Part shown: positions 13,654-23,059 of the stretch, in pieces
How the letters are laid out: every line of letters begins with the position of its first letter
Numbering within the stretch: the first letter of the stretch is position 1
Assembly: GCA_016214565.1 (NCBI GenBank)
Contig: JACROE010000002.1
Coordinates: 1-35,819, forward strand
DNA: 35,819 bases
Direction: 5' to 3'
From: Candidatus Kerfeldbacteria bacterium
GTDB taxonomy: Bacteria; Patescibacteriota; Patescibacteriia; UBA10025; JAHIVO01
Notes under the pieces: generated by a model
The model's input: the letters and a program-made list of their open reading frames with translations, nothing else
Told to the model about the DNA's origin: nothing
The model's database searches: none
Made by a program: the position numbers and the translations under genes

Positions 13654-14774
13654 AATTTTGATGCTGTCATTAATGTCGCCAGAGTAGCCTGAGCCGCCCG
13701 CTCCCAAGAAAACTGCTGTACGCGAGCTGACCCACGAGCTATCAAAGCGCGACGGAGATCATGATCCTGTAATACCCGAAATATTGCCTCGGCCAACCCG
13801 GCAGCATCATAGGGATCAGTCATTAAAACTCCGTCTGACCCTACTTCCCCGAGCGCAGGTGCGGCGCTGGTGACCACGGGGACGCGTGCAGCCATTGCTT
13901 CAAGAATGGGAAGTCCAAATCCTTCAAAGTACGAAGGATAGACAAACGCCGCCGCACCGCGATACCAGGCTGGCTTGTCAGCTTCTGGCACGTAATCAAC
14001 GAAACGAACACGGGATAACTGCGCATTGCTACGCGACATGCCAGCGTGTCCTGCAATAATTAATTCGTACGCTCCTTGAGTTTGACGAGTAACAATTCCC
14101 CATGCAGCAATCAATCCGTCAATATTCTTCCGCGGATTAACTGTTCCAATTGACAATACATACGGCCGTTCCAAATGATAACGATTACGTATTTTTTCAA
14201 CTGCCTGGTCTGGTACCGCCGCAAATAATTGTGCTTCAATGCCCAGCTGAATCACCGTTATACGTTCAGGAGCGATGCCATAGGTCGCCACGATATCTCG
14301 CTTGGTATTTTCCGAGACGCTGATGATCCGCTGGGACTGTCGCATAAGATGTCCGGGCCGCACCAGCCGATGCCACCAATTTCCTCGGTGGTTAAAAAAA
14401 TTTGGATAGCGAAATGATAAATCATGCACCGTTAAAACAAGTGGGGTGTGTCGGGATACCTGGCCAAACATCATATTGGGCATAAACCATACATCCACAC
14501 CTCCGACAGCCGTATCGAGGTACGGTCGTCCTAAACCGATATGGATCAGGTTAGAAAGCTTATTTGGCCAGCGCTGGTGCGTCAGTGTAACCCGGGGTTC
14601 AGCGGTTAGCCAATGTGTAATCGATCTCGGCAGCGACGTTAAGCCACTACAAAACAAGTGAAACGTATGTTCACTACCGATTCGGACCATGGCACGAAGG
14701 AGTTTTTCGGTATACACGCTGACTCCCGAGGGATATGGTTCGATCAATGATCGAATATCGACGCCAATGCGCAT
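13650..14774 (-). CDS. Glycosyltransferase family 4
   Basis: I prefer the start MRIGVDIRSL at 14774, 7 nt after the upstream stop, over the track start at 14825. Motif: AAAFVYPSYFEGFGLPILEAMAARVPVVTS. Confidence 0.8.
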   Translation of the reverse strand: MRIGVDIRSLIEPYPSGVSVYTEKLLRAMVRIGSEHTFHLFCSGLTSLPRSITHWLTAEPRVTLTHQRWPNKLSNLIHIGLGRPYLDTAVGGVDVWFMPNMMFGQVSRHTPLVLTVHDLSFRYPNFFNHRGNWWHRLVRPGHLMRQSQRIISVSENTKRDIVATYGIAPERITVIQLGIEAQLFAAVPDQAVEKIRNRYHLERPYVLSIGTVNPRKNIDGLIAAWGIVTRQTQGAYELIIAGHAGMSRSNAQLSRVRFVDYVPEADKPAWYRGAAAFVYPSYFEGFGLPILEAMAARVPVVTSAAPALGEVGSDGVLMTDPYDAAGLAEAIFRVLQDHDLRRALIARGSARVQQFSWERAAQATLATLMTASKL

Positions 14775-14781
14775 CGCGTAT

Positions 14782-15414
14782 TTATGATTGGGTCGGAACA
14801 GCGCCCGGACGACGAATATACTCAAAACTGTATACTGTCACCACGCTTAATACAAATCCAGCGACCAATCCAATAATCGTATTAATAATTGCAGATGGCT
14901 TTTTCTCCACAATAACGGGCGTACCGCCCTTAACCTCAAAAAGTGCCTCCTGTTCGATAGTCTTATTGGCTTCGGCAGCGCGCTGTTCAACGACTGCAGT
15001 TATTGCCTGAGCAATGCGGTCCGCGGTTGGCCGATCCCTTTCTTGATACCGCACCACGATATTCTGAGGTGAGTATTTGCGCGTTTTAAATCGGGAGGTT
15101 AATTCTTCAATTGACGAAATATTTGGGTCAATCTCAGCACTGTCATATATCTCGAGTAGTACGGAGGGTGTCAAAAACCAACTCATGACAGTCTGGGAAA
15201 ATAAATCAGATGCTTGAATGGCATAATACCCATCGTATTGATATTGCTGGGTTTCGAGAGTATTGGTTCGATTTATCGAAAACGAAATGGATGTATCAAA
15301 TTGGACTGCTGCGGTCAGCGCAAATAACAGCGCGATAACACCGCCGAGCAATGTCATGCCAATGATGAGAAAACGGAATTTTACCAAAGGAATGGTTGTT
15401 TGCATAATAATCAT
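14782..15414 (-). CDS. Wzz-like polysaccharide chain-length-determinant-type membrane protein
   Basis: I prefer the start MIIMQTTIPLVKFRF at 15414, 4 nt after the upstream TAA; the track start at 15588 would overlap the GT gene by 170 nt. TM helices sit at both ends (FLIIGMTLLGGVIALLFALTAAV and IIGLVAGFVLSVVTVYSF) around a soluble loop, which is the Wzz topology. Confidence 0.5.
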   Translation of the reverse strand: MIIMQTTIPLVKFRFLIIGMTLLGGVIALLFALTAAVQFDTSISFSINRTNTLETQQYQYDGYYAIQASDLFSQTVMSWFLTPSVLLEIYDSAEIDPNISSIEELTSRFKTRKYSPQNIVVRYQERDRPTADRIAQAITAVVEQRAAEANKTIEQEALFEVKGGTPVIVEKKPSAIINTIIGLVAGFVLSVVTVYSFEYIRRPGAVPTQS

Positions 15415-15418
15415 AGTA

Positions 15419-16519
15419 TTACTTTTTTTTAAAGTTTTGCCAAGCCTCACGTACCGCTGCGTCAATTCGTTCCTTAAATCTCCGGACATCGTACTGAAGT
15501 GCATGATTACGAATTTCCTCGGGATGAAACTGCTCTTGTTTAAAATGAATAATCGTATCAGCCAACGCTTCCCAGCTTTGTTCGTCAAACAATGTCCCGG
15601 TTTTCCCAGGGATTACCGTCTCCACCGCGCCGCCTACTCCGTAGGCGATCACCGGTCGTCCCGACGCCATTGCTTCCACCGGCGTAATTCCAAAATCCTC
15701 TTCTTGAGGATGAATAAACGCTCGGCAACGAGATAAATATTTGCTTTTTTCTGCATCAGAGACGTAACCAAGAAACTTGATTGTCGGCCCAGCCATCGCG
15801 CGCAAGCGCTCCTCTTCCTCACCATCGCCAATAATATAGAGTGGCAACCCTAATTTATTAAAGGCCTGAATCGCCAGGTCAACTCGCTTATAAGGGCGCA
15901 AACGTGACACAATTAAAAAATAGTCGTCAATCTCTGAACTTATCTGAAACTGATCGGCGTAAACCGGCGGCTCTATGACCAGACTCTCCTTTCGATAATA
16001 TTTCTTAATGCGATCGGCGACAAATTTTGAATTCGCAATAAATAAATCCACACGATCAGCGGCCATCCGATCCCACATCCGCAAATAGCTCCGATACAGC
16101 AGCGACATACGACCGACGAGCCGATTACGCTCTAATTTATCAATCACTTCATTATGATCGCTCCATAAATAGCGAGTTGGTGTATGGCAATAACATACAT
16201 GAAATGTATCGGGCGACGTAAGGACACCCTTGGCGAGCCCAGAGCTATCCGAGAGTACCACATCGTATTTATTTAGATCGTAACTTTCGGTTGCGGCAAC
16301 CATCATCGGTAAATACCACCGAAACTTCCGGCGAGCAAAAGGCATGCGCGCAATAAATGATTCGTGAATAGTAACACCGTCAAACTCGTGATTTGTTTTT
16401 GCTGCATCGTAAATCAGCGTATACAGCGGTGCATCTGGATACAATTCCACCAATGACCGCAATACGCGTTCTGCCCCTCCAAGCTGATTCAGATGATCAT
16501 GGACAAGTGCGAGTTTCAT
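15419..16519 (-). CDS. Glycosyltransferase family 4
   Basis: 366 aa, starting MKLALVHDHLNQLGGAERV. Motif: RAFIHPQEEDFGITPVEAMASGRPVIAYGVGGAVETV. Confidence 0.85.
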   Translation of the reverse strand: MKLALVHDHLNQLGGAERVLRSLVELYPDAPLYTLIYDAAKTNHEFDGVTIHESFIARMPFARRKFRWYLPMMVAATESYDLNKYDVVLSDSSGLAKGVLTSPDTFHVCYCHTPTRYLWSDHNEVIDKLERNRLVGRMSLLYRSYLRMWDRMAADRVDLFIANSKFVADRIKKYYRKESLVIEPPVYADQFQISSEIDDYFLIVSRLRPYKRVDLAIQAFNKLGLPLYIIGDGEEEERLRAMAGPTIKFLGYVSDAEKSKYLSRCRAFIHPQEEDFGITPVEAMASGRPVIAYGVGGAVETVIPGKTGTLFDEQSWEALADTIIHFKQEQFHPEEIRNHALQYDVRRFKERIDAAVREAWQNFKKK

Positions 16520-16523
16520 GACG

Positions 16524-17915
16524 TTATGCTGCGGATTTGCCGGTCACGACGACCCACGGGGTTTTAATAATAATGCGAATATCCAGCGCAGGTGACCAAT
16601 TCTCCACATAGTAGAGATCAAGCCGAGCTTCTTCCTCAAAACGCAATTCTGAACGGCCTGAAATCTGCGCCAATCCGGTCATACCTGGTTTTATCATCAA
16701 TAACTTCCGCTGCCAGCGCTCATACCGAGACACCTCTTCTGGTTCATGCGGACGTGGCCCTACCAGGCTCATCTCCCCGCGCAAAACATTATACAGTTGC
16801 GGCAATTCATCGAGGCTTGTCTTGCGCAAAAATCGGCCCACGCGAGTAATTCGCGGATCGTTCTTGATTTTAAATAACGGTCCATCAGCGCGTTCATTCA
16901 ACTCAACCAAATCCTTTTTCAGCGTTTCTGCATTGCGCACCATGGAGCGGAACTTATATAGCCGAAATCGCTTTCCTTTGTACCCAATTCGTTCCAATCG
17001 AACAAAGATGCCACCCTGAGAATCGATCATGACAATCAAAGAAATTAACAAAAATACTGGAGAAAGTATGATCAAACCAAGACTCGAACATACGAGGTCG
17101 ACGCTCCGTTTCGCAATTTTCCCCCATCCATCCAGCTTGGTTCGACGAACTTCAATGATGGGTATGTCTGCAATGGTATTGATTTCCACATGCGTGGGCT
17201 GTACTTCAAAGAGGTCGGTGGCGTATTTATAAATCAGATGATGATCCGTACAAAAATTTCGCATAGCGAGCACCTGCTGACGATCGATGGTGGGATTGCC
17301 GAGAATCAATTCATCAATATGGGTTGATTTCATTTTTTCAATCAATCGAGCTTGAAATTCTTCGTCAAACTGAGCACTCCGCTCAACAATGCGATACCCG
17401 AGCGTCGGCCGCTGATAAATCTGTTTCACAATATCTTCCGTGGTCGCGTCATCGCCGACAATAATGACATTATGCAAACCGATCCCGCGCTTCAAAAAAT
17501 ATCGCTGTACCATGCGTACCAGCGAACGGCCAATAATTACCATAATAATGGTAAGAATCCAGCCAGATAAAATAATAAAGCGGGATGAAAATAGCTCCCG
17601 CTGAAAAAAGATGATAATAATAACTATGGCAATTGCCGCAGAGCCGGCCACAATAACTTTCGACACCTCATCAATTAACCGGCGAGTGCTTTTGATAGCA
17701 TACAGACCTGACATGGCAAATGTAATGACGTAAATGCCGGCCACGACCAATATAATGGTAAAAAATTCACGAAAATCAATTTCGTAAAACACTGGCCGGA
17801 TTTCCGTGAAAAACGAAAAAAAACGGAGATTGTATGCAAAAATGCCCGCGATGACTACCATACAGTAGTCGACGGGCACTAAAATTGCGCTAAACAGCAG
17901 CTCTGATTTTTTCAT
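16524..17915 (-). CDS. Polyprenyl-phosphate glycosyl-1-phosphate transferase (WbaP/EpsB-type priming sugar transferase)
   Basis: 463 aa with N-terminal TM helices. The C-terminal bacterial sugar-transferase domain reads KRFRLYKFRSM ... GPLFKIKNDPRITRVGRFLRKTSLDELPQLYNVLRGEMSLVGPRP. Confidence 0.85.
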   Translation of the reverse strand: MKKSELLFSAILVPVDYCMVVIAGIFAYNLRFFSFFTEIRPVFYEIDFREFFTIILVVAGIYVITFAMSGLYAIKSTRRLIDEVSKVIVAGSAAIAIVIIIIFFQRELFSSRFIILSGWILTIIMVIIGRSLVRMVQRYFLKRGIGLHNVIIVGDDATTEDIVKQIYQRPTLGYRIVERSAQFDEEFQARLIEKMKSTHIDELILGNPTIDRQQVLAMRNFCTDHHLIYKYATDLFEVQPTHVEINTIADIPIIEVRRTKLDGWGKIAKRSVDLVCSSLGLIILSPVFLLISLIVMIDSQGGIFVRLERIGYKGKRFRLYKFRSMVRNAETLKKDLVELNERADGPLFKIKNDPRITRVGRFLRKTSLDELPQLYNVLRGEMSLVGPRPHEPEEVSRYERWQRKLLMIKPGMTGLAQISGRSELRFEEEARLDLYYVENWSPALDIRIIIKTPWVVVTGKSAA

Positions 17916-17958
17916 GCCTGGCCGACTGGATTAGTAAATTATTCATAGATTTGGTTGT

Positions 17959-18365
17959 GCCCAAGCAAACCTATAAGCCGAATTCTGTGTCTCGCCAAAG
18001 GCGGACGGTGACTATCTATCTTGTCCTGACGTTGCCATCAGGATCATGCGACCAACCCATCCCGACGAATCGTCGGAATCTACTTGGTCTTGCACCGGAT
18101 AGGGTTTTTCACGTTCGGCCGTCACCGACCAAACCTGTGGGCTCTTACCCCACTTCTTTTCACCCTTACCCCGAAATTGCTTCCGAGGCGGTATTGTCTC
18201 TGTGACACTATTCCCTAAAGGCAACATCCAGAAGACTTAAGACCTTCTAATTGCTGACTTCGGTCGTCTTTCACGACTATCCTTGGCTCCGTTTTTAATG
18301 ACGGAGGGTGTTCGGACTTTCCTCACATTACAAATGCAATGTGCAATCACCCGGTTCACTTGGGC
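17959..18365 (-). ncRNA. rnpB: RNase P RNA, bacterial type A
   Basis: The minus-strand read contains the conserved blocks GAGGAAAGTCCGAAC (P4 5' strand), GGTAAGGGTGAAA, GGTAAGAGCCCAC and ACAGAATTCGGCTTATAGG (P4 3' strand). A 13-bp P1 joins GCCCAAGTGAACC (18365-18353) and GGTTTGCTTGGGC (17971-17959). A consensus promoter places the TSS at about 18365. Confidence 0.9.
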
Positions 18366-18372
18366 ATGGTGG

Positions 18373-18401
18373 AGTATATGAAAAAAGGCCATTTTTGTCA
18401 A
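18373..18401 (-). promoter_or_regulatory. rnpB promoter
   Basis: Minus strand reads TTGACA (18401-18396), a 17-nt spacer, then TATACT (18378-18373). P1 begins about 7 nt downstream. Confidence 0.7.
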
Positions 18402-18424
18402 TATCCCCCCATTCCTGATATAGT
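18395..18424 (+). promoter_or_regulatory. Promoter of the GDPD gene; leaderless-type spacing
   Basis: Plus strand reads TTGTCA (18395-18400), an 18-nt spacer, then TATAGT (18419-18424), then 8 nt to the ATG at 18433. Its -35 overlaps the rnpB -35 on the other strand. Confidence 0.55.
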
Positions 18425-18432
18425 AATCCTAT

Positions 18433-19131
18433 ATGACTAAACCACTCATTATCGGCCACCGTGGGGCTGCCGGCACCCACCCCGAAAACACCCTCAGTTC
18501 ATTTGCCGCTGCCATAACCAGTGGGGTCCCCATGGTTGAATGCGATGTCCACGTGTGCAAGAGTAACCAGCTCGTCGTTATTCACGACGATTCAGTTGAT
18601 CGCACCACCAATGGTACAGGACCAATTGCTAACCTGACACTCTCAGCACTCCAACAGTTAGACGCGGGTAATGGCGAACGCATCCCAACGCTTGACGAAT
18701 TACTGCAACTCATTAACCACCGATGCTCCATCAATATTGAACTGAAGGGGGTTAATACTGCATTACCAGTAGCACAAAAAATTACCCAATACATACAAAC
18801 ACACGGCTGGAGCTTGGATCAATTTCTTGTTTCGTCATTTGACCACCCACAACTGCGTGCAATAAAAAAAATACTGCCCGATGTTAACATCGGGGTACTC
18901 TTTAGTAATGAGCTGCCAGTAGAACCAACCACCTACGCTCGTAGCATGCGCGCGTACTCTATCAATCCTGATAAAAAGTCAGTAACAGAGGAACTAGTAT
19001 CGACAGCCCATCAAGCGGGCCTGAAAGTATTCACCTACACCGTCAATGAACCTACTGACTATGATCGAGTCACTGGTTGCCGGGTGGATGGTATCTTTAC
19101 TGACTTTCCGGAACGCTATCTAGTGCAATAA
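18433..19131 (+). CDS. Glycerophosphodiester phosphodiesterase (GDPD / UgpQ-GlpQ family)
   Basis: 232 aa. It reads LIIGHRGAAGTHPENTLSSFAAAITSGVPMVECDVHVCKSNQLVVIHDDSVDRTTNGTG, containing the HRG, E.D and HD motifs. No signal peptide. Confidence 0.85.
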   Translation: MTKPLIIGHRGAAGTHPENTLSSFAAAITSGVPMVECDVHVCKSNQLVVIHDDSVDRTTNGTGPIANLTLSALQQLDAGNGERIPTLDELLQLINHRCSINIELKGVNTALPVAQKITQYIQTHGWSLDQFLVSSFDHPQLRAIKKILPDVNIGVLFSNELPVEPTTYARSMRAYSINPDKKSVTEELVSTAHQAGLKVFTYTVNEPTDYDRVTGCRVDGIFTDFPERYLVQ

Positions 19132-19998
19132 AAACTTCCGGAAAAAACCAAGTACTTTATGTTCGTACTCGTCTTTAGTCATGGTATACGTATTACTGTG
19201 GTCTGCATTTTTGACCAGCCAAAATTCCTTAAGCCAAGGTGCGGTCCGATGAAATTCCATAGCGTCCTCTACCGGTATCCGCTTATCATGCGCACCATGA
19301 ATAACCATGAGTGGCCGCGCCTCGAGGGCTTTCAGTCGGGAAATCGGATTGATGCCGGCATAATAAATACCGGTTCTAAATTTCATTACCAATAACGTAA
19401 GGTAGCCTAACGGAAAAAAGGGGATGCCTTTTAGGTACAGCTGAAAATTTTGCCAAATCACTGATTTAAACCGGGCAAACGTAGAATTGACCACCACCGC
19501 TCGAATATCCTCGATTTCACCGGATTTCAACAACGCCACGGCGCCTCCCATAGAAAAACCTAGTACGCCGATCCGCTGCATATTGATATCACCACGGCCA
19601 CGCAGGTATTGAATGGCGCCTTCGAGATCAGCCACCTCCCGAGAGCCGAAGGTAATAAACTTACCCTCACTCTTTCCTGAGGCACGAAAATCAAACATAA
19701 ACACCGTATACCCAGCATCATTTAAAAATTGAGCTTGGGGTAACATCTGTTCTTTAGAACGGCCATAGCCATGGAGTAGAATAACCGTCGCGCCATTTGA
19801 GCCGGGCACCAAGGCTCCATCTAGTTTTAATTCGTCAGCGGACTGAAACGTTACTCGCTCGGGATGTAAGTTATAGTTCTTCCATTCGTCATCCTTGATT
19901 TCACGGGGCTGCATAATAATGCGTGACGAAATATGCCACGCCATGCCAATAGCGAGGAATAACAAAATAACTACGCCCAATATAATATCGACGATCAT
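19120..19998 (-). CDS. Membrane-anchored alpha/beta-fold hydrolase
   Basis: 292 aa with an N-terminal TM. Nucleophile elbow GFSMGG, and later HGAHDKRIP and ADH (candidate Asp/His). Converges on the GDPD gene with a 12-nt overlap. Confidence 0.7.
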   Translation of the reverse strand: MIVDIILGVVILLFLAIGMAWHISSRIIMQPREIKDDEWKNYNLHPERVTFQSADELKLDGALVPGSNGATVILLHGYGRSKEQMLPQAQFLNDAGYTVFMFDFRASGKSEGKFITFGSREVADLEGAIQYLRGRGDINMQRIGVLGFSMGGAVALLKSGEIEDIRAVVVNSTFARFKSVIWQNFQLYLKGIPFFPLGYLTLLVMKFRTGIYYAGINPISRLKALEARPLMVIHGAHDKRIPVEDAMEFHRTAPWLKEFWLVKNADHSNTYTMTKDEYEHKVLGFFRKFLLH

Positions 19999-20402
19999 GC
20001 GCCGTGATCTATAGCTTGGTTAACTAAACGGTCCGCTTCAGCATTTTCTTCGCGTGGAATATGACTGAAGGTAACGCGGCCCAATGTTTGGACAATATTC
20101 CAGGCTTGGATAAAAAGTTTGCCTAATGCAGCGTCCTTTACTCGATAGGTACGCCGCATCTGATTAACAATTAATTCGCTGTCCATATATACATCCACAT
20201 CACGCTCACCCAAGGCCACAACTTTTTTCATTCCATCAATGAGCGCGGCGTATTCTGCTTGATTATTTGTTGCCTCGCCTAAATACCGAGCGCCTTCGGC
20301 AACCCGTTCAGATCCGCGATACAGCACAAAACCAGCTCCCGCCGGACCTGGGTTGCCCCGGGCTCCTCCATCCGTATATAATCGAACCACTTCAGGCGTC
20401 AT
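19995..20402 (-). CDS. rnhA: Ribonuclease HI
   Basis: 135 aa. It reads LYTDGGARGNPGPAGAGFVL ... EATNNQAEYAALIDGMK ... YMDSELIVNQM ... REENAEADRL, which supplies the DEDD-type RNase H1 residues. 4-nt overlaps on both sides. Confidence 0.85.
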   Translation of the reverse strand: MTPEVVRLYTDGGARGNPGPAGAGFVLYRGSERVAEGARYLGEATNNQAEYAALIDGMKKVVALGERDVDVYMDSELIVNQMRRTYRVKDAALGKLFIQAWNIVQTLGRVTFSHIPREENAEADRLVNQAIDHGA

Positions 20403-22105
20403 ACGTTTGATTTCCGCATATCTACTAATTTAAGCTGCAACTCACGGCTGCCATTCCATTCATTGATAGACAACTCAAAAACAATATCGACCATTTCGCC
20501 AATGCTCAAATCATTACCCCACGTGGCTCCTTTGCCAAAGGCAATCACCTTCTTAGTGACGCCACTTTGGACAACCTGAAGCCGCAAATGTTTGCCTTCA
20601 GCACCAACTTTTTGAAAATCAACAACTTCAAGCTTTTCTGCAAGCAGACGAACGGTAGGATTTCCCTGACCGCAGGGCTCAAAGCCCTCCAATTGGCTAA
20701 CGAGCTCCCAATTGATATCAGCCAATACGGCGCGGGCATCGACTACTAGTCGCTTAGTTAAATCCTCCAGGCGCAATGCTTCGCCAGCTAATGCGGTCAT
20801 GGATGACTTAAATGCTTCCAATGCGCCTGGCTTCAGGGTAAAACCGCAGGCACTGGCATGGCCGCCATACCGGTCAAGATACTGACTGCTTTTAACTAAT
20901 GCGGCGGTTATATCAAAACCAGGAATTGATCGTCCCGAACCCATGATTTCACCATCGCGCTCGCCCATGACGATGACGGGCCGATCAAATTGATCCATGA
21001 TGCGGCCAGCGACTAGACCGACTAATCCTGCTGACCAATCTTTGCCCATGGCAAATAGTATGCGCGCGTCACCAACCTCGCCCAGTTGCCGCTTTGATTC
21101 TTGTACCATTGATTCAGTCACCCGCTGGCGTTCTTTATTATTCTTATCTAAATTTTCCGCGACTTGTTTTGCTTCATCGCTATCCTCGGTCATCAACAAT
21201 TCGTAGGCTGTATTGGCATGGTCAATCCGACCCGCTGCATTTAAGCGCGGTACCAATCCAAATCCAACGCCGGTGCCATCCACCGACGGGAGGTTGATGC
21301 GAGCTGACTGCGCCAAAGCCTGAATGCCCAAGCGACGAGTTTTGCGCAACACAATGAGACCATACTTAGTCAGTGTACGATTTTCACCAATCAATGGAAC
21401 CATATCAGCGATAGTGCCGAGCGCTACTAAATCTAACAGCCATTTTTCAAAACCCTCTTTTAATTTTTTTCCTGCATCCTCTTTAATAAGTGCCTGAGCA
21501 AATTTAAAAGCGACTCCCGAGCCAGCTAATGCACGAAATGGGTACTCATCTGCGGCAACGCTGGGATTGATGATGGCAAATGCAGTTGGCAATGACGGTG
21601 GTTCTTCATGATGGTCAGTTACGATAATATCAATGCCGCGCTTCTCGGCCTCGGCAATTTCCGGAGCGTTACTAATGCCACAGTCAACCGTGATAACCAA
21701 ACATACTTTCTGTTTCTGCAGCTCCGCCACGGTGTTCATATTCAAGCCGTACCCCTCAGACATGCGATGTGGAATATAAACCGAGACGTCGGCACCAAGT
21801 GCCTGGAGCGTCGAAACCATGATGGCCGAGGCGCATACCCCATCGGCATCATAGTCGCCATGCACCACAATCTTCTCGCCCGCCTCAATCGCTTTCATGG
21901 TGCGATCAATGGCGCGATGCATGTGACGAAACAAAAATGGATCATGGGTGTCCTGTCCATAATCCGGATTAAGAAATTCATCAATTTCCGCTTGATCAGA
22001 CAATCCTCGATTGACCAATAACTGCAGTACTAAGGGATGAATCTCAGGAAATGAATTTCTGATCGTATCAGATACTGCTGGGGCGATCTGCCAAATACGT
22101 TCCAT
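20399..22105 (-). CDS. recJ: Single-stranded-DNA-specific exonuclease RecJ
   Basis: 568 aa. DHH-family motifs are VVHGDYDADGV, ITVDCG and IVTDHH. DHHA1 motif: GGHASACG. Confidence 0.9.
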   Translation of the reverse strand: MERIWQIAPAVSDTIRNSFPEIHPLVLQLLVNRGLSDQAEIDEFLNPDYGQDTHDPFLFRHMHRAIDRTMKAIEAGEKIVVHGDYDADGVCASAIMVSTLQALGADVSVYIPHRMSEGYGLNMNTVAELQKQKVCLVITVDCGISNAPEIAEAEKRGIDIIVTDHHEEPPSLPTAFAIINPSVAADEYPFRALAGSGVAFKFAQALIKEDAGKKLKEGFEKWLLDLVALGTIADMVPLIGENRTLTKYGLIVLRKTRRLGIQALAQSARINLPSVDGTGVGFGLVPRLNAAGRIDHANTAYELLMTEDSDEAKQVAENLDKNNKERQRVTESMVQESKRQLGEVGDARILFAMGKDWSAGLVGLVAGRIMDQFDRPVIVMGERDGEIMGSGRSIPGFDITAALVKSSQYLDRYGGHASACGFTLKPGALEAFKSSMTALAGEALRLEDLTKRLVVDARAVLADINWELVSQLEGFEPCGQGNPTVRLLAEKLEVVDFQKVGAEGKHLRLQVVQSGVTKKVIAFGKGATWGNDLSIGEMVDIVFELSINEWNGSRELQLKLVDMRKSNV

Positions 22106-22118
22106 AGAATTGAGTATG

Positions 22119-22148
22119 AGTATACCATTTACTGACCATTTGCCGCAA
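22119..22148 (-). promoter_or_regulatory. Candidate recJ operon promoter
   Basis: Minus strand reads TTGCGG (22148-22143), an 18-nt spacer, then TATACT (22124-22119), then 13 nt to the ATG at 22105. Confidence 0.45.
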
Positions 22149-22155
22149 CGCTGCC

Positions 22156-22184
22156 TTGTGCCGGCTACTATTAACCCGTATACT
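22156..22184 (+). promoter_or_regulatory. Candidate promoter of the ATP-grasp/GNAT cassette
   Basis: Plus strand reads TTGTGC (22156-22161), a 17-nt spacer, then TATACT (22179-22184), 29 nt before the ATG at 22214. No SD is visible. It lies back to back with the recJ promoter. Confidence 0.4.
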
Positions 22185-22213
22185 TAAAGTATTATTGATA
22201 CCCATATACGCCT

Positions 22214-23059
22214 ATGGAATTTGTTACAATTACCAATTCGACAAATCCCCGAACCAACGAGCTGCTTTCGGCTGCCTGCCAGCAGCGAAAAATATCCTAT
22301 CGGGAGCTGGACGCCGACCGTCATTCAACGACGGAATTGCCGCCCCTCGCTCCCGGGACACTCCTCTATCGAGTGGCAACCGGCATTAGACCAGCAACAA
22401 TGGAACGGATGCTTCTCCGTTCTAATATTGTGACACTGTACCGCGACCCGCTCTATCTGCGTAATGACCGCTACGCCACGCTCACCCTATTCCACGCCGG
22501 CATCCCGATGCCCCGCACGATATTCTCCCCATTGCGCCAGTCGATTGACGCGGATGTCCGATACCTCGGCGGATACCCGGTCATTATCAAAATCATCGGC
22601 GGCAGTCATGGCATCGGCGTACTCCGTGCTGACTCACGCGAATCACTGTTATCCTTCATGGATTATCTAGATCAAGAAGAAATGTATTATATTCTGCGCA
22701 GTTATATTCATGTGCCAAATTCAGCTCGATTGATTGTCTTGGGTGCGCAGGTCATAGACAGCATTGAATACCAGGTTCCCGAAGGTGACTTCCGATCAAA
22801 CGTCGGTGAAGCTCCAAAAGTACAACCTAAAAAATTTGATGCAACATTAGAACGATCGGCGGTAGCCGCCGTTCAGGCGCTGGGCCTAGAATTTGGTGGC
22901 GTCGACATTCTCTATGATACGCAGTCTCATTATGTCGTTGAAGTTAATTTCCCGTGCTATTTCGGACGGGCCCAAGACGCCACTGGATTTAATACGGCGG
23001 GTGCAGTGATTGATTATCTAAAAGCAAAAGCTGAAAAAAATGGCTACCTTGAGACTTGA
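22214..23059 (+). CDS. RimK-like ATP-grasp ligase
   Basis: 281 aa. It reads YPVIIKIIGGSHGIGVLRADSRESLLSFMDYL ... ARLIVLGAQVIDSIEYQVPEGDFRSNV ... GLEFGGVDILYD ... YVVEVNFPCYF, which is the RimK/alpha-L-glutamate-ligase pattern. Confidence 0.6.
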   Translation: MEFVTITNSTNPRTNELLSAACQQRKISYRELDADRHSTTELPPLAPGTLLYRVATGIRPATMERMLLRSNIVTLYRDPLYLRNDRYATLTLFHAGIPMPRTIFSPLRQSIDADVRYLGGYPVIIKIIGGSHGIGVLRADSRESLLSFMDYLDQEEMYYILRSYIHVPNSARLIVLGAQVIDSIEYQVPEGDFRSNVGEAPKVQPKKFDATLERSAVAAVQALGLEFGGVDILYDTQSHYVVEVNFPCYFGRAQDATGFNTAGAVIDYLKAKAEKNGYLET

